Shown here piece by piece: positions 26,757-40,361 of a stretch of DNA of 58,728 nt. The translations under genes and the position numbers were made by a program. Position 1 is the stretch's first letter. Every line of letters starts with the position of its first letter. Origin of the DNA: Pseudoxanthomonas sp. (GTDB taxonomy: Bacteria > Pseudomonadota > Gammaproteobacteria > Xanthomonadales > Xanthomonadaceae); assembly GCA_047606785.1 (NCBI GenBank), contig JASGEB010000089.1:1-58728 (forward strand). Reading direction: 5' to 3'. The notes below the pieces were generated by a model. The model was given only the letters and a program-made list of their open reading frames with translations. It was not told where the DNA came from and made no database searches.

Positions 26757-27887
26757 ATGACCGACCTGCTCGAAACCACGCTCGCGCATCTGGACAAGCT
26801 GGTGTCGTTCGACACCCGCAACCCGCCGCGCGCGATCACCGCGCAGGGCGGCATCTTCGACTACCTGCGCGCGAACCTGCCGGGCTTTGCGGTCGAGGTG
26901 ATCGACCACGGCGCCGGCGCGATCAGCCTGTACGCGGTGCGCGGCACGCCGAAGTACCTGTTCAACGTGCACCTGGACACGGTGCCGGACTCGCCCGCAT
27001 GGAGCGCCGACCCGCACGCGATGCGGCGCCTGGACGACCGCGTGGTCGGGCTGGGCGTGTGCGACATCAAGGGCGCGGCGGCGGCGCTGGTCGCCGCGGC
27101 CAATGCCGGCGACGGCGATGCCGCGTTCCTGTTCTCCACCGACGAGGAGGCCAACGATCCGCGCTGCATCGCCGCGTTCCTGGCCGCACATCCGCCGGTC
27201 CCCGGTCCCCGGTCCCCGGTCCCGAAGTACGAGGCGGTCATCGTCGCCGAACCAACCCAGTGCGAGGCGGTGCTGGCCCACCGCGGCATCAGCTCGGTGC
27301 TGATGCGGTTCGCCGGCCGCGCCGGCCACGCCTCCGGCAGGCAGGATGCGGCCACCAGCGCGCTGCACCAGGCGGTGCGCTGGGGTGACCGCGCGCTCGA
27401 TCACGTCGAGTCGCTGGCGCACGCGCGCTTTGGCGGGCTGACTGGGCTGCGCTTCAACATCGGCCGCATCGACGGCGGGATCAAGGCCAACATGATCGCG
27501 CCGACCGCCGAGCTGCGCTTCGGCTTCCGGCCGCTGCCGTCGATGGACGTGGACCAGCTGCTGGCCACCTTCGCCGGCCTCGCCGAGCCGGTCGCGGCGC
27601 ACTTCGAGGAGACCTTCCGCGGCCCGAGCCTGCCGTCGGGCGACATCGCCCGCGCCGAGGAACGCCGGCTGGCCGCGCGCGACGTCGCCGACGAACTGGG
27701 CCTGCCGATCGGCAACGCGGTCGATTTCTGGACCGAGGCCTCGCTGTTCTCGACTGGCGGCTACACCGCCTTCGTGTACGGCCCGGGCGACATCGCCCAG
27801 GCCCACACCGCCGACGAGTTCGTGACGCTGGAGCAGCTGCAGCGCTACGCGGCGTCGGTCCACCGTATCGTCAACGGCGCGCGCTGA
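26757..27887 (+). CDS. argE: acetylornithine/acetylcitrulline deacetylase (M20)
   Basis: HLDTVP, GVCDIKG, DEE, AEPT, AHTADE; within arg operon. Confidence 0.93.
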   Translation: MTDLLETTLAHLDKLVSFDTRNPPRAITAQGGIFDYLRANLPGFAVEVIDHGAGAISLYAVRGTPKYLFNVHLDTVPDSPAWSADPHAMRRLDDRVVGLGVCDIKGAAAALVAAANAGDGDAAFLFSTDEEANDPRCIAAFLAAHPPVPGPRSPVPKYEAVIVAEPTQCEAVLAHRGISSVLMRFAGRAGHASGRQDAATSALHQAVRWGDRALDHVESLAHARFGGLTGLRFNIGRIDGGIKANMIAPTAELRFGFRPLPSMDVDQLLATFAGLAEPVAAHFEETFRGPSLPSGDIARAEERRLAARDVADELGLPIGNAVDFWTEASLFSTGGYTAFVYGPGDIAQAHTADEFVTLEQLQRYAASVHRIVNGAR

Positions 27888-27922
27888 GCCGCCGTTCCCT
27901 CCACGCACTTGCCGCAGACACC

Positions 27923-29242
27923 GTGAACGCCCACGACATCCAGACCCGCCAGACCATCGTGCGCCTGCTCTCCAGCATGGCCAGCGCGAAGGAGATCAGC
28001 CAGTACCTCAAGCGTTTCTCGCAGCTGGACGCCAAGCGCTTCGCCGTGGTCAAGGTCGGCGGCGCGGTACTGCGCGACGAGCTGGACGACCTGGTGTCCT
28101 CGCTGACCTTCCTGCAGGACGTCGGCCTGACCCCGATCGTGGTGCATGGCGCCGGCCCGCAGCTGGACGGCGAGCTGGCCGCGGCCGGGATCGAGAAGCG
28201 CACCGTCAACGGCCTGCGGGTGACCCTGCCGGAAGCGCTGGCGGTGGTGCGCAAGGTGTTCATGCAGTCCAACCTGCGCCTGGTCGAGGCGCTGCAGGAG
28301 GCCGGCGCGCGCGCCACCTCGATCACCGGCGGCGTGTTCGAGGCCGACTACCTTGACCAGGCCACCTATGGCCTGGTCGGCGAGGTCAGGGCGGTCAACC
28401 TGGCGCCGATCGAGGCCAGTCTGCAGGCCGGCTCGATCCCGGTGATCGCCAGCCTGGGCGAGACCGCCGGCGGCCAGATCCTCAACATCAACGCCGACTT
28501 CGCCGCCAACGAGCTGGTGCGCGTGCTGCAGCCGTACAAGATCGTGTTCCTCACCGGTACCGGCGGCCTGCTCGACGGCAACGGCAAGGTGATCGACTCG
28601 ATCAACCTGTCCAGCGAGTACGAGCATCTGCTGGCGCAGCCGTGGCTGCACGGCGGCATGAAGCTCAAGATCGAGCAGATCAAGGACCTGCTGGACAAGC
28701 TGCCGCTGGAATCGTCGGTGTCGATCACCCGCCCGGCCGACCTGGCCAAGGAACTGTTCACCCACAAGGGCTCGGGCACCCTGGTGCGGCGCGGCGAGCG
28801 AGTGCTGACCGCGACCTCCTGGAGCGCACTGGACCTGCCCAGGCTGCGCACGCTGATCGAGTCCAGCTTCGGCCGCACCCTGGTGGACGACTACTTCGAG
28901 AAGACCCCGCTGCTGCGTGCCTACGTCAGCGAGAGCTACCGCGCCGCGGTGATCCTGACCGAAGCGGCGGGCATGATCTACCTGGACAAATTCGCGGTGT
29001 CCGACGACGCCCAGGGCGAAGGCCTGGGGCGGGCGGTGTGGAACGTGATGCGCGAGCAGACCCCGCAGCTGTTCTGGCGCTCGCGCCACAACAACCAGGT
29101 CAACATCTTCTACTACGCCGAGTCCGACGGCTGCTACAAGCAGGAGAAGTGGAAGGTGTTCTGGTACGGGCTGGACGGCTTCGACGCCATCCAGCGCGCC
29201 GCGGCCCATTGCGCCGCGCACGAACCCACCCTGGTGGGCTAG
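27923..29242 (+). CDS. argB: acetylglutamate kinase with C-terminal NAT domain (NAGS/K)
   Basis: VKVGG, HGAGPQ, NINAD, then YLDKFAV...WRSR. Confidence 0.93.
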   Translation: MNAHDIQTRQTIVRLLSSMASAKEISQYLKRFSQLDAKRFAVVKVGGAVLRDELDDLVSSLTFLQDVGLTPIVVHGAGPQLDGELAAAGIEKRTVNGLRVTLPEALAVVRKVFMQSNLRLVEALQEAGARATSITGGVFEADYLDQATYGLVGEVRAVNLAPIEASLQAGSIPVIASLGETAGGQILNINADFAANELVRVLQPYKIVFLTGTGGLLDGNGKVIDSINLSSEYEHLLAQPWLHGGMKLKIEQIKDLLDKLPLESSVSITRPADLAKELFTHKGSGTLVRRGERVLTATSWSALDLPRLRTLIESSFGRTLVDDYFEKTPLLRAYVSESYRAAVILTEAAGMIYLDKFAVSDDAQGEGLGRAVWNVMREQTPQLFWRSRHNNQVNIFYYAESDGCYKQEKWKVFWYGLDGFDAIQRAAAHCAAHEPTLVG

Positions 29243-29253
29243 GCGACGCGGTG

Positions 29254-29883
29254 ATGTGCGCGATCCCCGCCATCTGGCGCGACGTGCCCAGGCTCGAGGG
29301 CCGGCATGCGCTGCTCGAGCCGCTGCAGGCCGCCCATGCCGGCGAGCTGGCGCAGGCCTGCGCCGATGGTGCGTTGTGGGAGCTGTGGTACGCCAACGTG
29401 CCGCGGCCGGAGGCGATGCCGGCCTATGTCGACGCGGCGCTGCGCGCACGCGAGGCGGGCACGCAGCTGCCGTTCGTGGTGCGCGACGCGGCCGGCCGGG
29501 TGGCCGGCACCACGCGGTTCTACGAGCTGGCGCCGGAGGTGCCGCGGCTGAGCATCGGCTACACCTGGTATGCCGCCTCGGCGCAGCGCACCGGCCTGAA
29601 CACGCAGGCCAAGCGGCTGCTGCTCGCGCATGCCTTCGAGGCCATGGGCTGCATCGCCGTGGGCTTCGAGACCAGCTGGTTCAACCACGCCTCGCGTGCG
29701 GCCATCGCGCGCCTGGGCGCCAAGCAGGACGGCGTGCTGCGCCACCACAGGCGCCACGCCGACGGCAGCGTGCGCGACACGGTGGTGTTCTCGATCCTGG
29801 ACAGCGAATGGCCGGCGGTGAAACGGCACCTGCTCGGACGTGGGGCTGGAGGCGCACCATGGCAGCATGGCGCGCAGGCTTGA
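29254..29883 (+). CDS. RimJ/RimL-like GNAT acetyltransferase
   Basis: IGYTWY, NTQAKRLLLAHAFE, AIARLGAKQDG, RDTVVFSI. Confidence 0.88.
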   Translation: MCAIPAIWRDVPRLEGRHALLEPLQAAHAGELAQACADGALWELWYANVPRPEAMPAYVDAALRAREAGTQLPFVVRDAAGRVAGTTRFYELAPEVPRLSIGYTWYAASAQRTGLNTQAKRLLLAHAFEAMGCIAVGFETSWFNHASRAAIARLGAKQDGVLRHHRRHADGSVRDTVVFSILDSEWPAVKRHLLGRGAGGAPWQHGAQA

Positions 29884-29899
29884 GCGGGGAGGGAGTGCG

Positions 29900-31350
29900 A
29901 TGGGCGTGAACCGCAGGACGTTCATCTCGGCCGGTATGGGCGCCACCCTGGCGGTCGGCAGCGGCACGCGCGCGCAGGCGGGTGCCGCGCTGCGTCGGCA
30001 GGGAGGGAGGCGGCGCAACGTGCTGCTGGTCATCGGCGACGACCATGGCCTGGACCTGTCCTGCCTGGGCGTGGGTGTGGATACGCCCGCGCTCGACGCC
30101 CTGGCGCGCCAGGGCGTGCTGTTCACCGACGCCTATGCATCGGTGTCCTCGTGCAGTTCCAGCCGCTCGACGCTCTATACCGGGCTGTACTCGCATACCA
30201 ACGGCATGTACGGGCTGTCGCACGACGTCCACAACTTCTCGTTGCTGCCCAACGTGCGCACGCTGCCGTGGATGCTGGGGCAGGCAGGTTATGCCACCGC
30301 GATCGTCGGCAAGCTGCACGTCAAGCCGGAGGAGTTGCTTGCCTGGGGCGACTGGCTGCTGCCCGAGCGTCCCGGCGACCGCGACGTGGCGGCCATGGCG
30401 CGCGCGGCAGGCGGCTGGATGCGCGCGCAGGGCGGGCGACCGTTCTTCCTGACCATCGGCTACAGCGATCCGCACCGTTCCGGTGACCCCACCGCGTTCG
30501 GCAACGACCGGTCCTGGCCCGGGGTCGTGCCGCGGGTGTACGCGCCAGAGGACGTCACCGTGCCGGCCCACCTGCCGGACCTGCCCGGCGTGCGCCGCGA
30601 CCTGGCGCAGTACTACCAGGCGGTCAGCCGCATGGATGCCGGCATCGGCCTGCTGCTGTCCGAGCTGGAGAGTTGCGGCGCGGCCGACGATACCCTGGTG
30701 ATCTATCTGTCCGACAATGGCCGGCCGTTCCCGGCAGCCAAGGACAACCTCTATGGCGACGGCATCCACCTGCCACTGATCGTGCGTGCGCCGGGCATGC
30801 CCGGTGGCGGCGGCCGCAATGCGGCGATGGTGAGCTGGATCGACATCACCCCGACCATATTGGATTGGACCGGGGTGGAGCCTCCGGCGGACTACGCCTA
30901 CCTGCCGCTGCCGGGACGTTCGCTGCTGCCGGTCCTGGGCGACCCGCAGCCCCAGGGCTGGGACGAGGTGTTCGCCACCCACAGCTTCCACGAGATCAAC
31001 CAGTACTACCCGGTGCGCAGCCTGCGCAATCGCCGCTACAGCTATTTCCGCAACCTCGAACCGGCGCTGGAGGTGGCGGTTGCCAGCGACGTGGCGATGT
31101 CGGCATCGTGGCAGGCGATCGCGTCCACGCCGGGCGCGCGCCTGGGCGGGCGCAGCATCGAGGCGTTCCTGCATCGCCCTGCCGAAGAGCTGTACGACCT
31201 GCATGTCGATCCGGGCGAGGTGACCAGCCTCGCCGGCGATCCCGGCCATGCCGACGTGCTCGGCGCGCTGCGCATGCGCCTTGAGCATTGGCGCACGGCC
31301 ACCCGCGACCCCTGGCAGTCCGGCACCACCAGTCCTTTCGGGAATCACAT

Positions 31351-31354
<4 letters not shown>
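29900..31354 (+). CDS. Tat-exported Cys-type sulfatase (N-sulfoglucosamine sulfohydrolase-like)
   Basis: NRRTFI twin-arginine signal, [36 protein letters not shown]. Confidence 0.9.
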
Positions 31355-32312
<958 letters not shown>

Positions 32313-32316
<4 letters not shown>

Positions 32317-33608
32317 GCGATTTGCTCTGGCAGAAACCCGGCGTCGCGGTGGACGCGCAGATCCAGGCCTTCCTGGCCGGCGACGACGTGGTGCTCGACC
32401 GCGAGTTCTTCCTGCACGACATCGCCGCCAGCAAGGCGCATGCCGAAGGCCTGCAGCACATCGGCATTCTCTCCACCGACGAGCTGGTCGGGCTGCTGCG
32501 CGAGCTGGACGCGCTGGCCGACGACTACCGCAGTGGCGCCTTCGTGCTCGACGAGCGCTACGAGGACGGCCATTCGGCGATCGAGTTCCGTCTGACCGAG
32601 CGCCTCGGCGACGTCGGCAAGAAGATCCACACCGGCCGCAGCCGCAACGACCAGATCCTGGTCGCCACCCGCCTGTGGCTGAAGGAGAAACTGGCGCGGG
32701 TCGCCGAGTTGAGCCGCGCGGTCGCGCGGGTCGCGCTCGACCGCGCCGCCGCCGAGCGCGACCTGCCGATCCCCGGCTACACCCACATCCAGCGTGCCGT
32801 GGTGTCCTCGGCCGGCATGTGGTGGGCCGGCTGGGCCGAGGCCTTCATCGACGACGCGGTGCGCGCCGCCGACACCCTGCGGCTGGTCGACGCCAACCCG
32901 CTCGGCACCGCCGCCGGCTACGGCGTCAACCTCAGGCTCGACCGCGGGCACACCACCGCCGCGCTCGGCTTCGCGCGCATGCAGGTCTCGCCGATCTACG
33001 CCCAGCTCTCGCGCGGCAAGTTCGAACTGGCCGCGCTGGAGGCGCTCGGCAGCGCCACCCTCGACCTGCGCCGCCTGGCCTGGGACCTGTCGCTCTACAC
33101 CAGCGCCGAATTCGGCTTCGTCGCCCTGCCGGCGCAATACACCACCGGCAGCTCGATCATGCCCAACAAGCGCAATCCGGACGTGATCGAGCTGATGCGC
33201 GCCACCCACGCCAGCGTCGCCGCCGCGAGCACCGAGATCGAGCAGCTGCTGTCGCTGCCGTCCGGCTACCAGCGCGACCTGCAGAACAGCAAGGGCGCGC
33301 TGTTCCACGGCTTCCACCGCGGCCTGGCCGCGCTGGAACTGCTGCCGGCGCTGCTGGCGAACCTGGAATGGCGCGAGGACAGGCTGCGCGCGGCGATCGA
33401 TTCGGGCATGTACGCCACCGACGTCGCGGTCGAAGCCGCGCTTGTCGGCGTGCCGTTCCGCGAGGCCTACAAGGCCGCGGCGGCGGCGGCCGACAGTGCG
33501 GGCCAGGGACGCACGCCGGAAGCCAGCCTGGCCGCGCGCGTCTCGCCCGGCGCGGCGGCGGATCTGCAGCTCGACGTGCTGCGCGCACGCTGGCAGGCGC
33601 TGGCATGA
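32313..33608 (+). CDS. argH: argininosuccinate lyase
   Basis: [29 protein letters not shown]. Confidence 0.96.
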
Positions 33609-33862
33609 AGCGCTACCTGGTGATGGCGATGCGCAAGCCGGATTTCCCGGCCGAGGTGGCCGAGCCGCACCGTGCCTTCCTGGCCGAGCTGCGCGCGACC
33701 GGCCGGCTGGAGCTGAGCGGCGGCTTCGGCGACGGCAGCGGCGGCGCCTACCTGCTGAAGAACGTCGCCAGCCTGGAGGAGGCGAAGGCGCTGGCCGCGC
33801 GCGATTCGCTCGCGCAGCGCGACGCCTCCGAGATCACCGTATACGAATGGGATGCCCGCTGA
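33605..33862 (+). CDS. YciI-like protein
   Basis: [15 protein letters not shown]; coupled to argH. Confidence 0.8.
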   Translation: MKRYLVMAMRKPDFPAEVAEPHRAFLAELRATGRLELSGGFGDGSGGAYLLKNVASLEEAKALAARDSLAQRDASEITVYEWDAR

Positions 33863-33872
33863 GCCAGCCCAT

Positions 33873-35020
33873 ATGACCGACGCACGCGCCGCTTCCCCCT
33901 TTTCCGAACAGTCCCTGCCGAACTGGAAGCGCGCCGTGCTCAAGGTCGGCAGCAGCCTGCTGGCGGCCGACGGCGGCGGCCTGAGCCCGCGCTTCGCGCT
34001 GGGGCTGGCGCAATTCGTCTCGGCCAGCCTGCAGGCGGGCAGGGAAGTGGTGATCGTCTCCTCCGGCGCGGTCGCCGCCGGCCGCGCGATCCTGCCCCGG
34101 GCCGCGGCGGCCGATGCGCCGATGGCCGCCCGCCAGGCGCTGGCCGCGCTCGGCCAGGCGCAGCTGATCGCGCTGTGGCAGCGCTTCTTCGAACGGCCGG
34201 TGGCGCAGGTGCTGCTGACCCACGACGACCTGCGCAACCGCCGCCGCTACCTCAACGCGCGCGCCACCCTGGCCGAGCTGCTGGCGCTGGGCTCGCTGCC
34301 GGTGGTCAACGAGAACGACACCGTGTCGGTGGACGAACTCAAGCTCGGCGACAACGACAACCTGGCGGCGATCGTCGCCGCCCTGGTCGACGCAGATCTG
34401 CTGTTGATCGCCACCGACATCGACGGCCTGTACACCGCCAACCCGCGCAGCGATCCGCAGGCGCGGCCGGTGGATGAGGTGGACGAACTCACGCCGCAGG
34501 TGCTGGCCATGGCCGGCGGCGCCGGCAGCAGCGCCGGCACCGGCGGCATGCGCACCAAGCTGGAGGCGGCGGCCAAGGCCGGCGCGGCCGGCATCCCGAC
34601 GGTGCTGTTCAACGGCCGCAGCGCCGAGGTGGTGCGCGGGCTGGCCCAGGACCGCCTGCGCGGCACCCGCATCCACGCTGCGCGCAGCCGCATCGCCGCG
34701 CGCAAGTACTGGCTGCGGCACGCACCGGTCGAGCCGGGCGCGATCACGGTCGATCCCGGCGCGGCGCGGGCGCTGGTGGAGAAGGGCGCCTCGCTGCTGC
34801 CGGGCGGGGTGACCGGCGCCGAGGGCGAGTTCCGCCGCGGCGACATGGTCGAGATCGTCTGCCGCGGCGAGGACGGCGAGCACCGCATCGCCCGCGGCAT
34901 CAGCCAGTACTCGGCCGTGGACGTGCGCCGCATCGCCCGCCGCCACTCGCGCGACATCGAGGCCGTCCTCGGCTACAACTACGGCGGCAACGTGATCCAC
35001 CGCGACGACCTGGTACTGCT

Positions 35021-35024
<4 letters not shown>
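33873..35024 (+). CDS. proB: glutamate 5-kinase
   Basis: LKVGSS, NENDTV, GDNDNL, GTGGM, C-terminal PUA domain. Confidence 0.97.
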
Positions 35025-36274
<1,250 letters not shown>

Positions 36275-36290
36275 TGCTCTTGGGCTCTGG

Positions 36291-36755
36291 TCAGCGCGGT
36301 GGCGGCAAGACGCGTTCGGTCAGGCCGATCGGCCGGGCGTTTTCGTCCATGTGCAGCACCGCGACGCGGGTTGTGGCCAGGCGTTCGGCCAGTTCCTCCG
36401 GTGCCTGCAACGCGGCGGCGACCTGCGGCAGGGAAACGTTTTGCGATGGCCGGCGGCGATCGAGCCCCCGAAAGCGCAGGCGGTTGTATTCGGCCCAGAC
36501 GATGACCAGCAGCCAGCACAGGACCGTGATGGCCGGCAGCGCATACAGCAGGAAGAAATCCGGGCCGTTGTGGGGCTCGTAGAGTTCTACAACGGCCGAG
36601 CGCAGACCCAGCAGCCACAGCAGCAGTGTGGCCAGCGGTTGCAGCAGATAGAAATACAGCGCCCAGAACGCGACCGTCACCAGCCGCCAGGTCAAGCGCC
36701 ACACGCGAGGCTGGCTGCGCGGCTTGTGGATGATGAGGTGCTCATAGCCTTTCAT
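36291..36755 (-). CDS. pgaD: PNAG biosynthesis protein PgaD
   Basis: Two TM segments, WAEYNRLRF; coupled to pgaC. Confidence 0.88.
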   Translation of the reverse strand: MKGYEHLIIHKPRSQPRVWRLTWRLVTVAFWALYFYLLQPLATLLLWLLGLRSAVVELYEPHNGPDFFLLYALPAITVLCWLLVIVWAEYNRLRFRGLDRRRPSQNVSLPQVAAALQAPEELAERLATTRVAVLHMDENARPIGLTERVLPPPR

Positions 36756-37999
36756 CGCAGGCCCCGGTCGGGACTGGTCCACACCGCGCGCCTGCGCTTG
36801 CGCCGCAGCAAGGTCTGCGGCAAGGCGACGACCGTGGTGCACAGGCTGATGAGCCAGTAGGCCAGCGGGTACCAGATCATCCAGAAATAATTGCCCCACA
36901 GGCGGGTTTCGTAGCGGCGCTCGATGACCAGGCTGACCGCGAACTGCAGCAGGCAGATCAGCGCCAGGACCATGCCGTGCCAGCGCGGCAGGATGCTGTC
37001 CACCCGCAGACCCGGCGGCAACGGCAGCAACAACCCCAGCAGCCACAGCAGCATGATCGCGGCCATCAGATACGCCCAGGCCACGCTGAGCAGGTATTCC
37101 AGCCACACGCCCCACATGCGCCGCTTGCGCCAGGAAAACATTTCGCCGCTGTGGCGCAGCAGGGCTTCCGCGCCGCCCTGGGCCCAGCGCAGGCGCTGCC
37201 GCCACAGGCCCTTCAGCGTCTCCGGCATCAGGATGAAGCACAGCGCGTTGGGCTCGTAGCGGATGTCCCAGTGGTCCAGTTGCAGGCGCCAGCTGATGTC
37301 GATGTCCTCGGTGATCATGTCGTCGGCCCAGTAGCCGATCCGGTGCAGGGCGGTACGGCGGAAGGCGCTGATGACGCCGGACACGGTGAAGATGCGGCCG
37401 TATACGCGCTGGGCGCGCTTGATCATGCCGATGATCGAGGAGAACTCGCCCACCTGCAGGCGGCCGAGCATGGTGGAACGGTTGCGGATGCGCGGGTTGC
37501 CGGTCACCGCGCCGACCCGCGGCCCCGAAGTCAGGTGCCAGACCAGCCAGTGCGCCGCATGCGCTTCCAGCAGCGCGTCGCCGTCGATGCACACCAGGTA
37601 TTCGCCGCGCGCGGCCAGCGCGCCCATGCGCAGGGCGTTGGCCTTGCCCAGGTTGCGGTCCAGGTGGATCACCCGCAGGCGCGGATGCAGCGCGGCCAAC
37701 TGCTCCAGCTTGTCGGCGGTGTCGTCGCGGCTGCCGTCGTTGATCGCCACGACCTCGAAGTCGGGATAGCGCTGCGCCAGCGCCGCACCGAGGGTTTCGT
37801 CGACGTTGTCACCCTCGTTGTGGCAGGGGATCAGGATGCTGACCGGCGGATACGCGGGCATGGCCGGCGGGTCGTCGAATGCGTGCTCGCTGCGCTCGCG
37901 CCGCAGGTAGTAGTACAGCCCGCCGGATATCCAAAAGAATGACATCACTAGCGGGTAGTAGAACGCGAATTCGAACAGCGCATGCAGTAGACCTTCCAT
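36752..37999 (-). CDS. pgaC: poly-beta-1,6-GlcNAc synthase
   Basis: NDGS, IDGD, TEDID, QRLRWAQGG, WTSPDRG. Confidence 0.95.
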   Translation of the reverse strand: MEGLLHALFEFAFYYPLVMSFFWISGGLYYYLRRERSEHAFDDPPAMPAYPPVSILIPCHNEGDNVDETLGAALAQRYPDFEVVAINDGSRDDTADKLEQLAALHPRLRVIHLDRNLGKANALRMGALAARGEYLVCIDGDALLEAHAAHWLVWHLTSGPRVGAVTGNPRIRNRSTMLGRLQVGEFSSIIGMIKRAQRVYGRIFTVSGVISAFRRTALHRIGYWADDMITEDIDISWRLQLDHWDIRYEPNALCFILMPETLKGLWRQRLRWAQGGAEALLRHSGEMFSWRKRRMWGVWLEYLLSVAWAYLMAAIMLLWLLGLLLPLPPGLRVDSILPRWHGMVLALICLLQFAVSLVIERRYETRLWGNYFWMIWYPLAYWLISLCTTVVALPQTLLRRKRRRAVWTSPDRGLR

Positions 38000-38102
38000 A
38001 TTCCACCACCTCAACTCGCTGCGGGAATGGCCGGTGCCGGCCATGGTCCGTCGGCGACGCAACGCAAGGGCAGGGGGCAAGTGTTGCGCGACGGGCCCAT
38101 GT

Positions 38103-40127
38103 TCAGTCGCCCCAGCGGTAGGCGGCGCTGAAGCCGAAGTGGCGTTCGCGCTGGCCATCGTAGACCGGCCGCGACCAGTCTATGCCGTAAGTCAGGCTGC
38201 GGCCCGCACCCAGCCGCCATTCGTGTTCGTAATGCAGCACGGGAATCCAGGCGTCGTCGTAGCCTTGCTGCCGGTAATTGACGGCGGATACGGTCAGGCG
38301 CTGGCGCAGCTGGTGGTCGTAATGCCGCCACAGCAGATGGTCGGCACGCAGGCCCAGTTCCAGCGAAGCGTCGCGCGAGGGGTTGAAGTACGGCACATCG
38401 TCGCGGCTGCCGCGGCTGGTGTAGGCGCCACCCACCGCGTCGAGCAGCAGGTTCGGACCGCTGACGAAGCGATGGCTGCCCCAGGCCGAAAGCGCGCTGC
38501 GGACGTTGCCGTCCTGGTAGCGCATGCGGCTTGCGCGGAAACGCCAGGCGTTGCGTTCATCCGGCGCGAAGCCGACCGCCAGGGACGCGCTGTCGGCGCC
38601 GATGCCGGCCGCGCGCGCCTGCAGCGAGGCTTCCGGGTCCTTGTCGCGCACGGTCAGCTGCGCGTCCCAGGCGTCGCTGAAGCGCCAGCCGACGAAGGCT
38701 TCCGCGCCGACGCCGATGCCGTCGGCGACGCGGTATGCGCCGGCCCCGGCGAGCAGCCGGTGGTCGCTGTAGAGAAAGCCCGCGCCGAGGCGGCGGTAGC
38801 GGATGCGCTCGCCACGGAAATCGGCCCAGTGTTCGTCGGCCACCGCGGTCAGGCGCCAGTGGTCGGCCAGCAGCGGCGACTGGATTTCCGTGCCATAGGT
38901 CGCTTCGCGGCTGCCCAGCGGCGAGTCATCGCTGTCGCTGCGGCCGCTGGCGGCGTGGATGCGGCCCTGCCAGCCCTGATGGCGGCGCCAGTCACGGTCC
39001 ATGCGTTGCACCGCGGTGGACTGCGGGTCTTCGCGCAGCAGGGCATCGTGCAGCGGACGCGCTTCGGCCTCGCGGCGCAACGCAGTCAGCGCCGAGACCT
39101 GGCCGATCCGCGCGGCCATGCCGCTGGCGTCCAGGCCGGAGGAAACGCGGTAGCGCTGCAGTGCCCGCTGCGGCCAGCCGCGCATCTGGTACACGCTGCC
39201 CAACGCGGCCTGCAGGCCGGCATCGTCCGGGGCCTGCGCGACCATGGCCTCGAATGTGGCCTGCGCGGCGGGCAGGTTTTCGGTGTAGGCCTGCAGCCGG
39301 GCCAGTGTGGTGTCGGCGTCGTAGCGGTTCCAGTTCGCCGTGCCGGTCGCGCCCGGCCGCCACGGCGGGTAGCGGGCCTGGAAGCGCCGCAGCAGCTCCA
39401 GCGCCCGTTCCGGCTGCTCGCTTTCCAGCCAGGCATAAGCCAGCTGCACGTGCAGGCGGGCGTTGTCCGGTTCGGCGGCGGTGGCCGGTTCCAGCACCAC
39501 CGCGGCTTCGCGCGGGCGGCGCAGCGCCAGCAGCGAATCGCCGACCGTGCTCCAGGTGTAGGCTGGGGCCGGGTGGCCTTCGGCCGCCAGCGCGGCGTAT
39601 TCGGCGACGACGTCGGCGTGGCGGCCGAGCCGGTTCCACAGCAGCAGGCGGTCGTAGCGCAGGCGCAGCGGCGCGGGTTGGCCCTGCGCCTGCAATGCGG
39701 CGAAATAGCCGGCGAAGGCGGCGTCGGCCCGTTCGGCCTCGGGCCGGGCGGCGGGATCGCCCTCGGCCAGGGCCAGGCTGTGCCGGACCTGCGCGGCCAA
39801 CCGGTTTTCCTCGATGTAGGCGCGTTGTTCGGCGTCGAACAGTTCCGGCCGTGCGTCTGCCAAGGCCCCGGCGCGCTGGTCATCGCCCAGGTCGGTCAGC
39901 AGCAAGGCGTGCAGGCGGTAGGCGTCGGCGTCGTCCGGGTTCGCTGCCAGTCGCTGTTCGCACAGGGTCAGGGCCTCGTCGAAGCGTCGGGCCTGGCGCA
40001 GCGCGACGATCCGCTCCAGCGCCGGCGCGGCGGACGCCGCCGCGGCTTGCGCCGGCGCGGCGAGCGGAATGAAGGCGGTGGCAAGACCGGCGCAGATCGC
40101 CAGGGTCAGCAGGTTAGTCCTGGTCAC
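38103..40127 (-). CDS. pgaA: PNAG export porin PgaA/HmsH
   Basis: Signal peptide, TPR-like region, RGWPQRA, YFNPSRD, RPVYDG. Confidence 0.9.
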   Translation of the reverse strand: MTRTNLLTLAICAGLATAFIPLAAPAQAAAASAAPALERIVALRQARRFDEALTLCEQRLAANPDDADAYRLHALLLTDLGDDQRAGALADARPELFDAEQRAYIEENRLAAQVRHSLALAEGDPAARPEAERADAAFAGYFAALQAQGQPAPLRLRYDRLLLWNRLGRHADVVAEYAALAAEGHPAPAYTWSTVGDSLLALRRPREAAVVLEPATAAEPDNARLHVQLAYAWLESEQPERALELLRRFQARYPPWRPGATGTANWNRYDADTTLARLQAYTENLPAAQATFEAMVAQAPDDAGLQAALGSVYQMRGWPQRALQRYRVSSGLDASGMAARIGQVSALTALRREAEARPLHDALLREDPQSTAVQRMDRDWRRHQGWQGRIHAASGRSDSDDSPLGSREATYGTEIQSPLLADHWRLTAVADEHWADFRGERIRYRRLGAGFLYSDHRLLAGAGAYRVADGIGVGAEAFVGWRFSDAWDAQLTVRDKDPEASLQARAAGIGADSASLAVGFAPDERNAWRFRASRMRYQDGNVRSALSAWGSHRFVSGPNLLLDAVGGAYTSRGSRDDVPYFNPSRDASLELGLRADHLLWRHYDHQLRQRLTVSAVNYRQQGYDDAWIPVLHYEHEWRLGAGRSLTYGIDWSRPVYDGQRERHFGFSAAYRWGD

Positions 40128-40361
40128 GACAGGGGCTACGCTTCCTGGGGGGATGCTGTGGAATGACGTGGACCGGGTGTTGTCCGTCCATCGCCCTCCT
40201 TAACTTGGTTTGATGCGGCGGCGATCGTACCTGGAATGAGAGGTTCATCACAAGATATTAACTTCCGGGGGCAGTGCCGGACGCGCGCAGGAGCGGTGCG
40301 GCCTGTTCAGGGATCGATGCCACGTCCTAGACTTCGACCGTTATCTTGGAGCCCATTGCCC

